Assembly (NCBI RefSeq): GCF_018977255.1
Contig: NW_024704743.1
Span: 28,584,001-28,648,000, forward strand
From: Callorhinchus milii
Lineage: Eukaryota
Reading direction: 5' to 3'
DNA length: 64,000 nt
Each line of letters starts with the position of its first letter. Position 1 is the first letter of the stretch. The notes below the pieces were generated by a model that saw only the letters and a list, made by a program, of their open reading frames with translations, was not told where the DNA came from and ran no database searches. Made by a program: the position numbers and the translations under genes. Below are positions 1 through 12,393 of the stretch, one piece after another.

Positions 1-354
1 ACCCATTGCCACATTTAACGTTATCCAAACCAGACTAAGAGTTTCACATGTCAACTACACATGGGAATGTCCCTTGTCTGGAATTGTGGATTACAGGAAT
101 TCCTTGTTAAAACAAGATCCAATAACTATCATTTGCAAAGAGATGAGAGCTTTTGGGCTAACAATCCCCCAGATGAAGTCATTACCATCCTGGCTGTTTT
201 TGACTGTCATGTTTGACTCCAAATACAGAGCGAAGAGCTATTGACATCAAAGGTAATACAGGGCAAACCTGCTATGATACAGTCGCCAGTGTCCAATAAT
301 TATAATAATCCTTGTATTTGATATCGCGCCTTATCACGTTGTTAGATGGTTCGT

Positions 355-676
355 GGAGTCCTGTAGCTCAGTGGTTAGAGCACTCGCTTTGCAAGCAAGA
401 GACCTGAGTTCAATTCCAGGCAGGGCGAAACCTTGGGCAAGTTTCCTTACTCCACACAGAGCCTAATAATAATCCCTCCAAAACCAAAAACAATAATAAA
501 TTGGTCATTTTCAATCTACGACTGTTTGTGGGACATTGCTGTGCGCAATTGGCTGCCGCGTTCGCCCACAAATATACAGTCAATTCACTTTACAGTGTGT
601 TCTGTGAAGCACTTTGGGCCGTCCTCCCGACGTGAAAAGCGCTATATCAAATGCAAGGATTATTATTATTATTATT
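355..676 (+). mobile_element. tRNA-derived SINE with Deu-like core and L2-type tail, full length, young subfamily
   Basis: A box (tagctcagtgg), B-box-like gttcaattcc, core tgtttgtgggacattgctgtgcgcaattggctgccgcg, (TAT)n tail. Near-identical to the copies at 21218, 22960 and 41601. Confidence 0.92.
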
Positions 677-1046
677 TAGATGTCACAAATTCTTCACAGG
701 ATACATTGTAAATTGGATTGACTGTGTTTTGTTGGCGAAACGTGACAGTCAATTTGCGCATAGCAATGTCTCATTGGTTCAGTGACAAATATCTCAGCTG
801 TGTGTTATAAGCCTCTGTGAAAATGGGGACTTCCTCTGCAAAGTGATGCCAGTAATGCCTACACATAGCTTTCAGGAAGTGATGTTAGTGGTATCTTGAT
901 GACCCAGAAGTCAACCTTTTTAGCATGGGAAGCTAGCTGGTTAGTGTCAGTTTTAATGCACTTAGTGCATGAGTATTCACAATGGATAATAATAATAATC
1001 CTTGCATTTGATATAGCGGCTTTTACATCAGAAAGACGTCTCAAAG

Positions 1047-1680
1047 CGAGGATGGGGGTGATAGGGTCACAGAGCCCGATGCGGGAGAGGACACGGGCTG
1101 CAGAGTTCTGGATGATCTGCAACCTGTGGAGGGAGGAGTTGGGGAGGCCGACAAGTAACGAGTTTACATAGTCAAGTCTCGATGCAATGAGTGCATGCAT
1201 GAGAGTTTCGGCGGCCTGTGGTGTGAGACAGTGGCGGAGCCGGGCGATGTTGCGGTGGTGGGGTAAGGCAGAACAGGTCATGGTATGGATGTGGGGTAGA
1301 AAGGATAGTTGAGGGTTAAACAAGTTGCCAAGGTTCCAGATAGCAGTGGTCCTGGAGTCAAGGGTGGAGGCAGAGAGATACAGTTGGGTGTCATCTGCAT
1401 ACATGTGGAAGTTGACCTTATGTCTGCGGATGATGTCACCAAGAGGGAGCATATAGGTATTGAAGAGGAGGGGAACAAGGACAGAGTCCTCAGGAGTGCC
1501 GCACGAGACGGTGCAGGGGCTAGAGGAGAAACCATTAGTGGAGATAAAGTGGAGGCATTGTGAGAGGTACGATCTGAACCAGCCGAGGACAGGGACTGGT
1601 GTCAAAGGCAGCAGAGAGGTCAAGGAGGATGAGGAGGCAGAGAGAACCCTGGGATTGTCCTTGGCCTCCAAGAACACCCT
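1047..1680 (-). mobile_element. L2 LINE internal RT fragment with deletions
   Basis: [23 protein letters not shown]. Confidence 0.9.
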
Positions 1681-1772
1681 CATTTCTTAAATTCAGTAAA
1701 AAAATTGTTGACAATCATCTTCCCAATAGGTTTTCAGCTGTTTTGGGGTATTCATAAATCATAATACCAAAT

Positions 1773-2033
1773 ACAATAACAACAACAACAAGATTCCATT
1801 TATTGAGCGCCTTTCACGTCAGGAGGACGTCCCAAGGCGCTGTACAGTTGGGTCAGGACCCGAGCAGGGGGGAAATGGTCAGGGTGAGGGGAGGGAAGGG
1901 AGGGAGCGAGGAGCGGGTAGAGAGTCGAGAGGGGAGCTGAAGGCACAGTCAAAGAGAAAGGTCTTGAGACCAGCCTTCTAGGAGGAAAGGGAGGAAGCAA
2001 AGCGAAGGCACTGGGGGATAGAGTTCCAGAGCC
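1773..2033 (-). mobile_element. L2 LINE 3' end
   Basis: Near-identical to 2223-2440. Confidence 0.9.
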
Positions 2034-2222
2034 AAATATTGGGGCATCTCAGAGCGCTTGGAGTGTCTCGGAGCAACAAGGTGTTGTATATAAAAATTGA
2101 GTCAGTAGGTTTCTGAGTAGGTGATGGGGGAATGTAAGTTTACAGACAGCTACATCCCAGTGTACCAGAACTGAAGAGAATATACATTGGCAGTGACCTG
2201 ATGACTTAAGCCGGCCCTTTTT

Positions 2223-3423
2223 ACAACAACAACACAACAACAACAAGATTCCATTTATAGAGCGCCTTTCACGTCGGGAAGACGTCCCAAGGCACTGTAC
2301 AGTTGGGTCAGGACCCAAGCAGGGGGGAAATGGTGAAGGGAGGGAAGGGAGGGAGCGAGGAGGGGGTAGAGAGTCGAGAGGGGAGCTGAAGGCACGGTCA
2401 AAGAGAAAGAATGTACTGGGGGATGGAGTTCCAGAGCCCAGGGGCTGAGAGGCTGAAGGCCCGGCCACCGATGGTAGGGCGGTTGGGGCGGAGGACGTGG
2501 AGCAGACCGGAGCCAGAGGAACGGAGGGTACGGGCAGGTAAGTAGGGGGATAGTAGGTCGGAGAGGTAGGAGGGAGCGAGGCCGTGAATGGCCTTGTAGG
2601 TGAGGATGAGGATCTTGAAATCAATCCTCTGGGGGATGGGGAGCCAGTGGAGGCGAGCGAGGGTGGGAGTGATGTGGTCCCGAAGTCTGGTGCGGGACAG
2701 TACACGAGCTGCAGAGTTCTGAATGACCTGCAGCTTATGGAGGGAGGTGGCGGGAAGGCCGACGAGGAGAGAGTTCCCATAGTCCAGCCTTGAGGTGATA
2801 AAGGCGTGGACCATGGTTTCAGCAGCGTGAGGGGTGAGGTAGTGCCGTAGTCTGGCGATATTCCGGAGGTGATGGAAGGCGGTGCCAGTTGTGGTGCGGA
2901 TATGAGGGAGAAAGGACAGCTCAGGGTCGAACAGAACACCGAGGTTCCTGACTGGCTTTGAGAGGTGGAGAGTGCAGCCTTGGATGCTGATGCTGTCAGC
3001 GCCTGAGGTGCGGAGGCGCTGACGTGAGCCAATCAGGAGTGCCTCAGTTTTACGCACGTTGAGCTGAAGAAAGTTGTCTCTCGTCCAGGACTCGATGTCG
3101 GACAGACTGTCAGGACATCGGTGATCGTGGAGTTAAGGGTAGAGGAGGAAAGGTAGAGTTGGGTGTCATCCGCATACATGTGGAAGTTAACCCCATGTCT
3201 GCGGATGATGTCACGAAGGGGGAGCATAGAGAGGGTGAAGAGGAGGGGACCGAGGACAGAGCCCTGAGGGACACCGCACAAGACAGTGTGGGGGCTGGAG
3301 GAAAAGCCATTCGTGGAAACAAAGTGAAGAAGGTGGGAGAGGTACGACCTAAACCACTCAAGGACAGGGCTTTGAAGGCTGAGGTGGGAGGACAAGCGGT
3401 GGAGGAGGATAGCATGGTCAACA
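2223..3423 (-). mobile_element. L2-clade LINE 3' part (RT C-terminus + 3'UTR + (TGT)n tail), young
   Basis: [40 protein letters not shown] and RLHWLP motifs, with frameshifts. Confidence 0.95.
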
Positions 3424-4050
3424 ATACAGTGATGTGATCAGTGACAACATGACGTGGAAGCGCTTACTGGCTTTTATGCCCATTATAAAGCTAGTTGGGA
3501 TTTTATAGGTCACAACTACCACATTATAATGGGGCTTTACCAATTAAAGAAATGGCCTATGCAGGTTAACAGGAACAACATTTTTTAAAAATAATATTTT
3601 TACTAAAGGTGGCATGTTGTTCAAACTTGGCAGGTTATTAATAGTAGAACTGCTAAAACTGGAAATGAGGAATTCTCTACTGAGAACAGTCAATACGACT
3701 TAATAAAAGGGTATTTGCAAACAAATGGATTTGGTCACTTTGAAAATTTATTTTCTTACCAATAAACTTTCACACTACAATGTGGTTGTTCACAGTAGAA
3801 GGTGCAATTAATTACAAATTTGCATGGGTTGTACCGGCTGATTCATGGTTTGAATGGTGCAATCAGAAACTATAGTTCTGGAGAGGAAAAGCTGATGGCG
3901 TTACTAATTTCCAAGAACAACCTGCGTTTTCTGGAACGTAGTGTTCATCCAAACAGAGACGACAACTCTAATCACCTTAATCAAGTTGCCATTCAAAGCA
4001 AATTTACAATTTGCATACATCAAAACAGAGCCACTCTGCCACTCTGGTCT

Positions 4051-4058
4051 ATACACAT

Positions 4059-4090
<32 letters not shown>
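4051..4090 (+). repeat. (AC)n(AT)n microsatellite
   Basis: Directly visible. Confidence 0.85.
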
Positions 4091-4445
4091 CTCCACTAGC
4101 ATGAGTTTGACACAAGCATTATGAATTAAAAATTTTACACATCTCTGCTGAAGTCACAAAAATGGTATTAATAAATATATTCAATATGCACACCACTTTC
4201 ACGTTCCACAACAAAACAAAAAAGGAAACTTATAATGCATATAAAAATCCCAGCATGGCGATAATAATGGTTTGTGAAGTCATAAAATAGCAAAACATTC
4301 ATTGTTCTATTCCTCACTATAATAAGGAAATAAAAATTAATAAAGTTTTGGTTAAATCTAACAGTGCTAGTTCAAAGCAAGTGTTAGAATCCTGTCCAAA
4401 TTGGGACATAAGCCATCTCTCCTAGTTCTATAAACACCAGTATAC

Positions 4446-4743
4446 CTGCATAGGCCACAGCACAATGCTAATATCCCCATTTACATCTGCCTGGGAGTAC
4501 ATTTCTCAATTTGCACCAGTAGTTTGGCCCACAAAATATGCAGTCAATTCACTTTATATTCTGTGAAGCGCTTTGAGACATTTAGAAGACATGATAAAGC
4601 GTTGTATCAAATTCAAGGAATATTTTTATTATTTTATCTCTGCAAACAGTATATCCTTCCTCCCCCGTCCATTCACCTGTGGTGTACCTCAAGCATACAT
4701 CAATGCCCCCCACTAGTGAAGGATAGCAGGGTTCTTTTTTTTC
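4446..4743 (-). pseudogene. NQO2: NQO2-like fifth coding exon, split by an insertion and carrying a frameshift and a stop
   Basis: ttttgctccag|G(A8)GA ACC CTG CTA TCC TTC ACT.. (5' half 4743-4710) and ..ACT ACT GGT GCA AAT TGA GAA ATG..TGG CCT ATG CAG|gtatac (3' half 4523-4446). Removing the insert, one TSD copy and two extra As gives 34 codons, EKRTLLSFTTGAN*EMYSQADVNGDISIVLWPMQ. TGA at 4508-4506. Confidence 0.88.
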
Positions 4744-4765
4744 CTGGAGCAAAACACAGCCTCAC

Positions 4766-5320
4766 ATACAACAACAACAAAATTACATTTGTATAGTGTC
4801 TTTCATGTTGGGGGGACGTCCCAAGGCGCTGGACAGTCAGTGTTTTGGACCTGAGCTGGGGAGGGTGGAGGGCAGGGGGGGAGGCAGGGAGATTGAAAGA
4901 TTGGTCGAAGAGGAGGGTCTTGAGATGGGTCTTGAAGGAGGCAAGGGAAGGGACGAGGCAGAGGGACTGCGGGATGGAGTTCCAGATGGTGGGGGCAGAA
5001 GGCCCGCCTGCCAATAGTAGGTCGAGCGAGGCAGGGGACATGAAACAGGCTGGAGCCCACTGAGAGGAGGGAGCGAGCAGGATGGTAGGGGTTAGGAGAT
5101 CGCAGAGGTAGGGGGGAGCAAGACCATGGATGGCTTTGAAGGTGAGAACCAGGATGCTGAATTGTATCCTCTGTGTGATGGGAAGCCAGTGGAGTCGGAC
5201 AAGGATGGGGGTGATGGGGTCACGGGGCCTGGTGTGGGAGAGGACATGGGCTGCAGAGTTCTGGATGATCTGCAACCTATGGAGGGAGGAGTTGGGGAGG
5301 TCAACAAGCAATGAGTTTGC
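4766..5320 (-). mobile_element. L2 LINE 3' fragment
   Basis: [18 protein letters not shown] and tail. Confidence 0.9.
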
Positions 5321-5687
5321 ATAGGTAAGTATCTTTGTGAAGTGGAAACTATTTCATCAATTGTAAATGGAAAGAATACAGCAGGTATGCAATCACAAGA
5401 ATAAATCACAGTTTCTAAATACTAAACATTCTTAATTTTTTTTGAAAAATAGGAAAAAAGAGCCTGAGAAATACTGGATCATTTAACTTTGGAAATACTA
5501 ACACAACAAAGTTGATTATTAATGGGGCAACATTTTCATTGACAACCACAAAACTAAAACTATGGGAAATCAAAATATTTCTGGTATTCTTAAAATAGCT
5601 CATAGCATTTTCTGAAATCAGGATATGGCGTTCTGTGAACTGTTCATTCACACTTTGATGGCTTTCCTTGCAATTTTGGCTATTGTA

Positions 5688-6750
5688 GAGTCCTGTAGCT
5701 CAGTGGTTAAAGCACTACTTGTCTTGCAAGCAAGAGGACCAGGGTTCGATTCCTGGGCAGGGCAAAACGTTGGGCAAGTTTCCTTACTCCACACACCTCT
5801 GTTTGCCTAGCAGTTAGTAGGAACCCAGTTATTAGTCAACTGGTGGATCACTTTTCCGGTGGTAATAATCTCTTCAAAATCAAAATAAAATAATAATAAT
5901 TTGGTCACTCAATCCACAACTGTTTGTAGGGCACTGCTGTATGCAATTGGCCTCCGCATTTCGCCCACAAAATATACAGTCAATTCACTTTACAGAGAAC
6001 CTCTGTGTCCTGTTCGACCCTCAACTGCCGTTCATCCCCCACATCCATGCCATGTCCCGCAACCTTGCCCGGCTCCGCCACTGGCCACCGAGACCCTCAT
6101 CCACGTGTTCATCACATCCAGGCTCGATTACGCAAACCTGCTAGTTGGCCTCCCCAACTCCTCCCTCCACAGGCTGCAGATCATCCAGAACTCTGTAGAT
6201 GGTGCCCTCTCCCGCACGAGTTTCCGCGATTTTATCACCCCCATCCTTGCCCGACTACACTGGCTCCCCATCACTCAGAGGATACAGTTCAAAAATCTGG
6301 GTCCTCACCTTCAAGGTCCTCCACGGCCTTGCTCCTCCCAACATCTGTGGCCTCCTACCCCCTACCACCCTATCTGCTTCCTCCGCTCAGCGGGCTCCAG
6401 CCTTCTTCACCATTGGCGGTCAGATCTTCAGCCTCTCTGCACCCATCCTCTGGAACTGCATCCCACAGTTGCACTGCCTCGCCCCTTCCCTTGCCTTCTT
6501 CAAAATCTGTCTCAAGACCCTCCTCTTCGACCGTACCTTCGGTCACCCCTACCTTCCCCACCCTACACTCCTCCTGAACCTGATCCCAACTACCAGGTCG
6601 TGGGCAGATCCCTGACTGTTCAGTGCCTTGAGACATCTTCGAGGTGCTGTAAAAATAGGGAAGATTTCTAGATTTCTATATTCTGTGAAGCGCTTTGAGA
6701 CATATCGAAGACCTGATAAGGCACTATATCAAATTAAAGTATTATTATTG
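5688..6750 (+). mobile_element. SINE (5688-5995 and 6677-6750) split by an L2 3' fragment (~5996-6650)
   Basis: The SINE stops at caattcactttacag and resumes at tatattctgtgaagcgc. The insert encodes [25 protein letters not shown]. Confidence 0.85.
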
Positions 6751-8236
6751 TTTTGTGAATCAATCAAATAGGACTTCCGCAAGTTGCAATTAGCTTGTTT
6801 TCAATTCAGTAATCCCCTAGTGTTCACCATGGAAATACATTTGCATTACACATTTAAATATTTGTAATGTTATGCATATTAAACCCAATTAAAATCACAA
6901 AAGCTACAAGCAAATCATGTCTTGTGAACAACCACCTGTAATTAATAATATATTTGAAAAGGTGCCTGACTCAAAAAAGGACTGACTTACCCGAGAATTA
7001 AGAGTTGGTGTTAGCTGCAACATGCTTGCTCCAGTGTTTCCGATCAGTATACAAGAATGTATGATTCATTTTGTTCTTAGTCTCCTTACAACTAGCGGAA
7101 TTAGATTGTTGCGATATCTCAACTTGCTTTAGATGGCTTTAGGAAAATACGTAATGTCTACTTTATTTTTATGCTTCCACAACAAATTACTGTCAATGTT
7201 TAAATCAGGTGTGAGACAAAAGATTAGAAAGTGTACAGATGCTTTTGCCAGAAAGTCAATTCAAACAGCTGGAATATAATTGCAAGCAAAGTGAATTTGT
7301 GAGTCTCTCTGAATCACTCTACTGTTGCATCACTTCCACCAGCATAAGATCAGTATAAATGCAAAAGTATGTTAGGACTTAAAATAGTGGGAGTTGTTTT
7401 TTATTCTGTTTATATTGATTCTAGCTGGAAATTCATAGCAGTCAGTAGCCCTTAGCGATTAAAGTGGTTCCATCTCTGAAACCTGGTCCAGCCAGCCTGG
7501 CTCATTGACAAGACTTGGAGAGACAGGCCAGTCACTGGGGATACGTTTTTTTTTACCAATCAGCTCCTGTTAACCCCGCAAGCCAAAGCCCTAATGAGTA
7601 GGGTGATCCTAGCTGGACAAGCAGTGGGAAATCTTGCCACACAGTGCTGAAAATGCTTTTAATGGCTTTGATGCAGTTTTAGTTGGTTAAACTCCAACAC
7701 ACACTCTGGGATTCCTTAACCCTTGGTGCTGGCCAACCTACACCTAATACTCTCCGGATTTAGTTGAGGAGGATGGTTCCTTCAGGAAAGTGTGCACGTT
7801 CCATTCTAACCACGGGAATCCCCGTGTGTAAGTGGCAAGCATGGAACTGTTTGGTTAGGATAATCTTATGGTAATGGGTTTCTACATGTGACAGACACCT
7901 GGCTAACAAAAAAAACTGGGTAATTAATTGTTGTTTGGAAAGACACTAGACCTTTACAGGAAGGACTGAGAGCAGTGTAAGTAACCCATTCCTTCCAATT
8001 GGATGCCAGTTACCTCAGCCCACAGTAAGAAAAGTATCTTGGTTCTCAGAGAGAGAGTATCACAGGGATGTGAATAAAAATAGGAAATAAAAACAGTTCT
8101 TGGCACTTCAATTCTGTACAAGACAATATAATTCACTTAACGTCCTGGTGGGAACTGAAGCAGTAACAGGTTTATTAATTTTTCAATCTTTATTGTTGTA
8201 CGTGTAAGGAATTTCAATATTTCAAATGGGCTGTAA

Positions 8237-8570
8237 TTATAATAATAATTCTTGCATTTGATATAGCGCCTTATCACATCTTTGAGATGTATCAAAATGC
8301 TTCACAGAATATACTGTGAAGTGAAATGCCAATTGCGCACAGCAATGTCCACAAACAGTTGTGGACTAGGTGACCAATTTAAATGATTTTTAAGAAATTA
8401 TTACCCCCAGAAAAGCGATCCGCCAATCAATTAACAACCGGGTTCCTAATTACTGCTGGCAAACAGAGGTGCGTGGAGTAAGGAAACTTGCCCAGCATTT
8501 CGCCCTGCCAGGAATCAAACCCAGGTCTATCGCTTGTAAGGCGAGTGCTCTAATTACTGAGCTACAGGAC
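8237..8570 (-). mobile_element. tRNA-derived SINE (long-middle variant)
   Basis: Same family. Confidence 0.88.
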
Positions 8571-8804
8571 AGGACTGTAGTACTGTAACTAGTCATTTTA
8601 AGATTTGGAACTTCAATACTTCTGAAACACATTGTGAACTGTTCATGGAGCTACTGATTAAACATAATGCTTGTTCAGTGTTTTGTTAAAGATTTATTGA
8701 TGTTCTTTATTACCCATTACCCATTATCAAATTGTGGATTTTAGATGAGAATCAAGAGGTCTTTAAAATGGATATTTGACTCAAAGGAAATACTGAATCC
8801 AACT

Positions 8805-8918
8805 GTTGAAGTAACCTAAATTGTAACACTTTGAGATTCCATAGGCCATTCCTTCAACAAAAACTTGGCCTATCCAGCTGTTCAGAATTGCAGGTACGTT
8901 TGACCAATAAAGAGAAAA
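8805..8918 (-). pseudogene. NQO2: NQO2-like fourth coding exon (114 nt), donor displaced by 1 nt
   Basis: ctcgtctctttgcag|FSLYWSNVPAILNSWIGQVFVEGMAYGISKCYNLGYFN, compared with the family motif FPLYWxxVPAILKGWxDRV. After 38 codons the sequence is A-GT rather than GT. Conserved P, KG and DR residues are substituted. Confidence 0.88.
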
Positions 8919-9279
8919 CTGCAAAGAGACGAGTGAAACGAAGATGCTATTTACTCCTTATTAGCAGCCATTCAAACCAAAACTAGCTGATTACTCACAG
9001 CCTTATCATTTTAGATCATCTTTTCCGGTATCGACTTCCTGTAGGCCGCAGCTACCAAGAGAGTGACATAAACAAGAGCCAACTTCTTATGTTATAATAA
9101 TAATAATCCTTGCATTTGATATAGCGCTTTTCACATCTTCTAGACGTCTCAAAGCGTTTCACAGAATACACTGTAAAGTGAATTGGCTGTATATTTTGTG
9201 GGCGAAACTCAGCAGCCAATTGCCCACAGCAGTGTCCCATGAACAGTCGTGGATTAAGTGACCAAATCATTATTATTTA

Positions 9280-10093
9280 GTAAACAAAACACAAAATACT
9301 GCAGATGCTGGAAATCTGAAACAAAAACAGAAGTCGCTGGGAACACTCGGCAGACCAGGCAGCATCTATGGAGAAAGAAAGATGAGTCAATGTTTTGGGT
9401 CCACGACCCTTCGTCAGAACTGGGGCATATTGGGAGGGAGAGGCTTTTAGGGGCTAACAGAGAGAGGGGAGGCAGGGCAAAGAAGGCAAAGCAGAGAATG
9501 GGGTGGAGGAGAGGGTATGATGGGTTAAACAGGTTTTAATGATGCAAAACAAAGGGAGGGGCATTGCAACAAAACAGGGGAATAGATGTGTTAATACACA
9601 TTATTTCAAGCGGGACAGCGATTTACGTGTACTACCACCAACGTAGTTTACAGCATTTGCTGCTCACGATGTGGTCTCCTCTACATTGGGGAGACCAATC
9701 GCAGATTGGGTGACCGATTTGCAAACACCTCCATTCTGTCCATAAGCACAACCCTGAGCTTCCGGTTTCTTGCCACTTCAACTCTCCCTCCCACTCGCAC
9801 TCTGACTTCTCCATCCATGGTCTCCTACGCTGTTCCAATGAACCACAGCGCAAGCTCGAGGAACAACACCTCATTTATCTGCTGGGGACCTTACAGCCCT
9901 CTGGCCTCAATATTGATTTCAATCATTTCAGACCATAACAGCTCATCTCCCCCCTCCCCCTCTTCTGTGTCCATTACCACATCACCGTTTCTCTCTCTGG
10001 TCTGCCTGTTTTGTTGCAATCCCCCCCCCCCCCGTTTTGCATTATTAACACCTCTACTCCCCTGTATTGTTCCCAACGACTTCTGTTTTTGGT
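9280..10093 (+). mobile_element. Penelope-like element remnant (inverted pLTR part + GIY-YIG endonuclease C-terminus) with 13-bp TSD
   Basis: 9604-9938 encodes, with one frameshift, FTCTTTNVVYSICCSRCGLLYIGETNRRLGDRFA..HFN..RKLEEQHLIYLLGTLQPSGLN. An inverted terminal segment lies at 9284-9580. Flanked by tcattattattta at 9267-9279 and 10094-10106. Confidence 0.88.
9385..9421 (-). ncRNA. Degenerate hammerhead motif (GAAA to AAAA)
   Basis: Minus strand AGTT-CTGACGA-A-GGGTC GTG GACCC-AAAAC-ATT-GACT. Confidence 0.6.
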
Positions 10094-11649
10094 TCATTAT
10101 TATTTATTTTTTGGAAGGAATTATTACCCTGGAAAGTGATCCACCAATCGACTAACAATCAGGTTCCTACTTACTGCAAGGCGTGTGGAGTAAGGAAATT
10201 TGCTCAATGTTTTGCCCTGTCAGAAATTGAACCGAGGTTCTCTCGCTTTCGAGGCAAGTGCTCTAACCACTAAACTACCGGACTCCACAAACACTTTGTT
10301 TCTCTCATACACACAGTTTTCATTAATTTAAGACTAAATATGTTACTTTCACAACTACAACTGTTGTAACCAATGAGTTCATGACTAATATTCCATTCAT
10401 TAATGATACTACTGTATATTCATGAAACAAAATGCTTAAGAGGAAACCTCCAATAATTCAAAGTTCAACAACTGTAAAAGCTGAAAAAATTCCAAACCAA
10501 CAGTGACCCAGAGTAAGTAATAAATGGACAATGCTGAGAATGCAATAAAACAAAACAATAAAAAATATTTAATAGATCATAAAGTTCAGGACAAAATCCA
10601 CACAAAAAAAACTTGTTAACTTAAAATTTAATTTTAAAATGAAGCTAGTTTTCCTATTACCTGATAATGGAACAATTTAACGATAAGCAAGAAAAAAACA
10701 GGTACTGATGTGCACTCAGAGGTACATACACACAATTGCTTATATCTTTAAAGAAAATTGAATTAAGTCAGATTTTGACCTATACTATCACAGAAATTGG
10801 ACCACATTGTAAATACATTTCCAGACATTTACTTCTGAACCTAAAGTTCTTTTTCATATAAAATGCAGAAAGACAGTTTGGTAGCAGTCAGAAGACAGCA
10901 AACATGTTCCTGTTTTATCCAGTGCAAAATGTTCTTGAAGAACATTGACACAATATTAAATTAGCTTTGTTTTAACTAATACAGAACAGAACTAATTATT
11001 TGCACTAACTGGGATTTGTCTTTTTCTGGATAAACATTGGAGGTAATTAGACATCACATAAAATACAAATTAGCTGCAGTGCTAACTAAAAAATGTTCCA
11101 CAAAGCTTCATATGATACCACACAATACTAGCTCGTTTTTTACTGCCTTCTCTCTCATATACTTTCTTCCTGTCTCTCTGAATCACTCTAACTTTCTATG
11201 TGTGTGTCTCTTTTCTCCCTGGCTCTAATCCTATATTGCAAAAAATTACACAGAAGCAAATATTTTCAAGCTGATGGTTTCAAAGAAACATCCAGTTTTG
11301 CACATGAATTAAGTTGTTGGAAGAGTTGGGTCCTGTCCTCACCCACTGTTTGCACACAAGTAGGTAAAGCAGATAAAGGTACTGGATGGAAAGCAAGAGT
11401 GGTTTCCTGAACTTATTTGTCCCTCTCTAAATTGCAATGCAGAAGCCAATTGTAGAGAATACATATTGTGTTGAACGCAAACCAGGATTTCAAACTGAGA
11501 CTTTCCTGTCTATAAAGCTCTGACATCACTTGGTACACATACTGAGTCATTTTGCTTTCCCTATGGATACAGTTTATTTTAAGATATCACCATAATGACC
11601 CTACCCCTTTAATGTGTTGTACAAAAAACAATTTCAATCTATATAATAC

Positions 11650-11780
11650 CTGAAAAATAACAAAATCTGCTTCTTTGAGCTTTTTCTGTTTTTCTACAAC
11701 ATCTTTGGATAATATTCCTTTTTTGTAAGCTTCACTTATTTCAACTCCATAGTTAAAATGACTTGGATCATGCACATCTC
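11650..11780 (-). pseudogene. NQO2: NQO2-like third coding exon (131 nt, open)
   Basis: ttttttatttttgcag|GA GAT...TTT CAG|gtatta; (G)DVHDPSHFNYGVEISEAYKKGILSKDVVEKQKKLKEADFVIFQ. Size and the EADxVIFQ end are typical of NQO genes. Confidence 0.93.
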
Positions 11781-12393
11781 CTGCAAAAATAAAAAACAAG
11801 GTATTTGAGTTATGGAGACAACATTATAACAAAGTACATTATACCTAATCTCACCAGTGAACACACATCCAAAAAACATCATTGCCCAACTTTTGTAGCT
11901 CTCCAACTGGGGTGGATTCTAAATTAGAAGTTAACCGTGTGTATCTCAGGGAAGCACAAACCAGTGTTAATTTGGACTGTGCACATTCTAGTCACTTTAT
12001 AAAGCCCAGAGCAAATGGAAACAAAAGTGAACATAAATCAGACCATTGATTTCATTGTGTCCCAAGGAACTGTTCAACCAATGTCAATGCAACATTATTT
12101 TAACTCTGTACCTTCTATTAAAAATCACCCCTTGAGCCAGAGTGTAATATTGTATAATCCCGATGTGTCTTATTCTATTTCACTGATTTATCTACAGCAA
12201 TTTTTTTTCTTTTGGGATGCATATTTCAATCAGCATAAAATCTTTACCCGCTCATCAAATGACTACCCATTGCAGAGCTGTATCTGTTTTTCTGCTACAA
12301 GCTCAACAGTGACCTCTCATGCCCATTTTCTATCACTGCATATATTCAGGAGACGTTTTGTCTTTGCTATTGAGAAAGCATGATTTAACTATT

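Larger units (their letters stand above)
9094..10287 (-). mobile_element. SINE split by the Penelope-like insertion (parts 9094-9279 and 10094-10287)
   Basis: Head and tail are collinear across the 13-bp TSD. Confidence 0.85.

Noticed and set aside
355..428. tRNA gene (Ala-like, TGC in the anticodon position), also at 21218, 23279 and 41601
   Set aside because: Each is the head of a SINE continuing into a shared core and tail; no proper acceptor stem or oligo-T terminator.
1690..1770. Possible last NQO2 exon (KQLKTYWEDD on the minus strand); also HFCDF-like matches near 4145-4170 and 4270-4300
   Set aside because: Matches are too short, with no collinear flanking similarity or acceptor; the last exon remains unlocated.
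859..3424. Long RT-like ORFs as host genes or an active LINE
   Set aside because: 5'-truncated, frameshifted L2 fragments.
3554..3567. 14-bp inverted match (tggcctatgcaggt) to the NQO exon end
   Set aside because: No flanking similarity; compatible with chance.
8014..8113. Alternative NQO fifth exon (ends FLLWAE|gt)
   Set aside because: The true homologous exon is at 4446-4743 and this one lacks the LLSxTTG motif.
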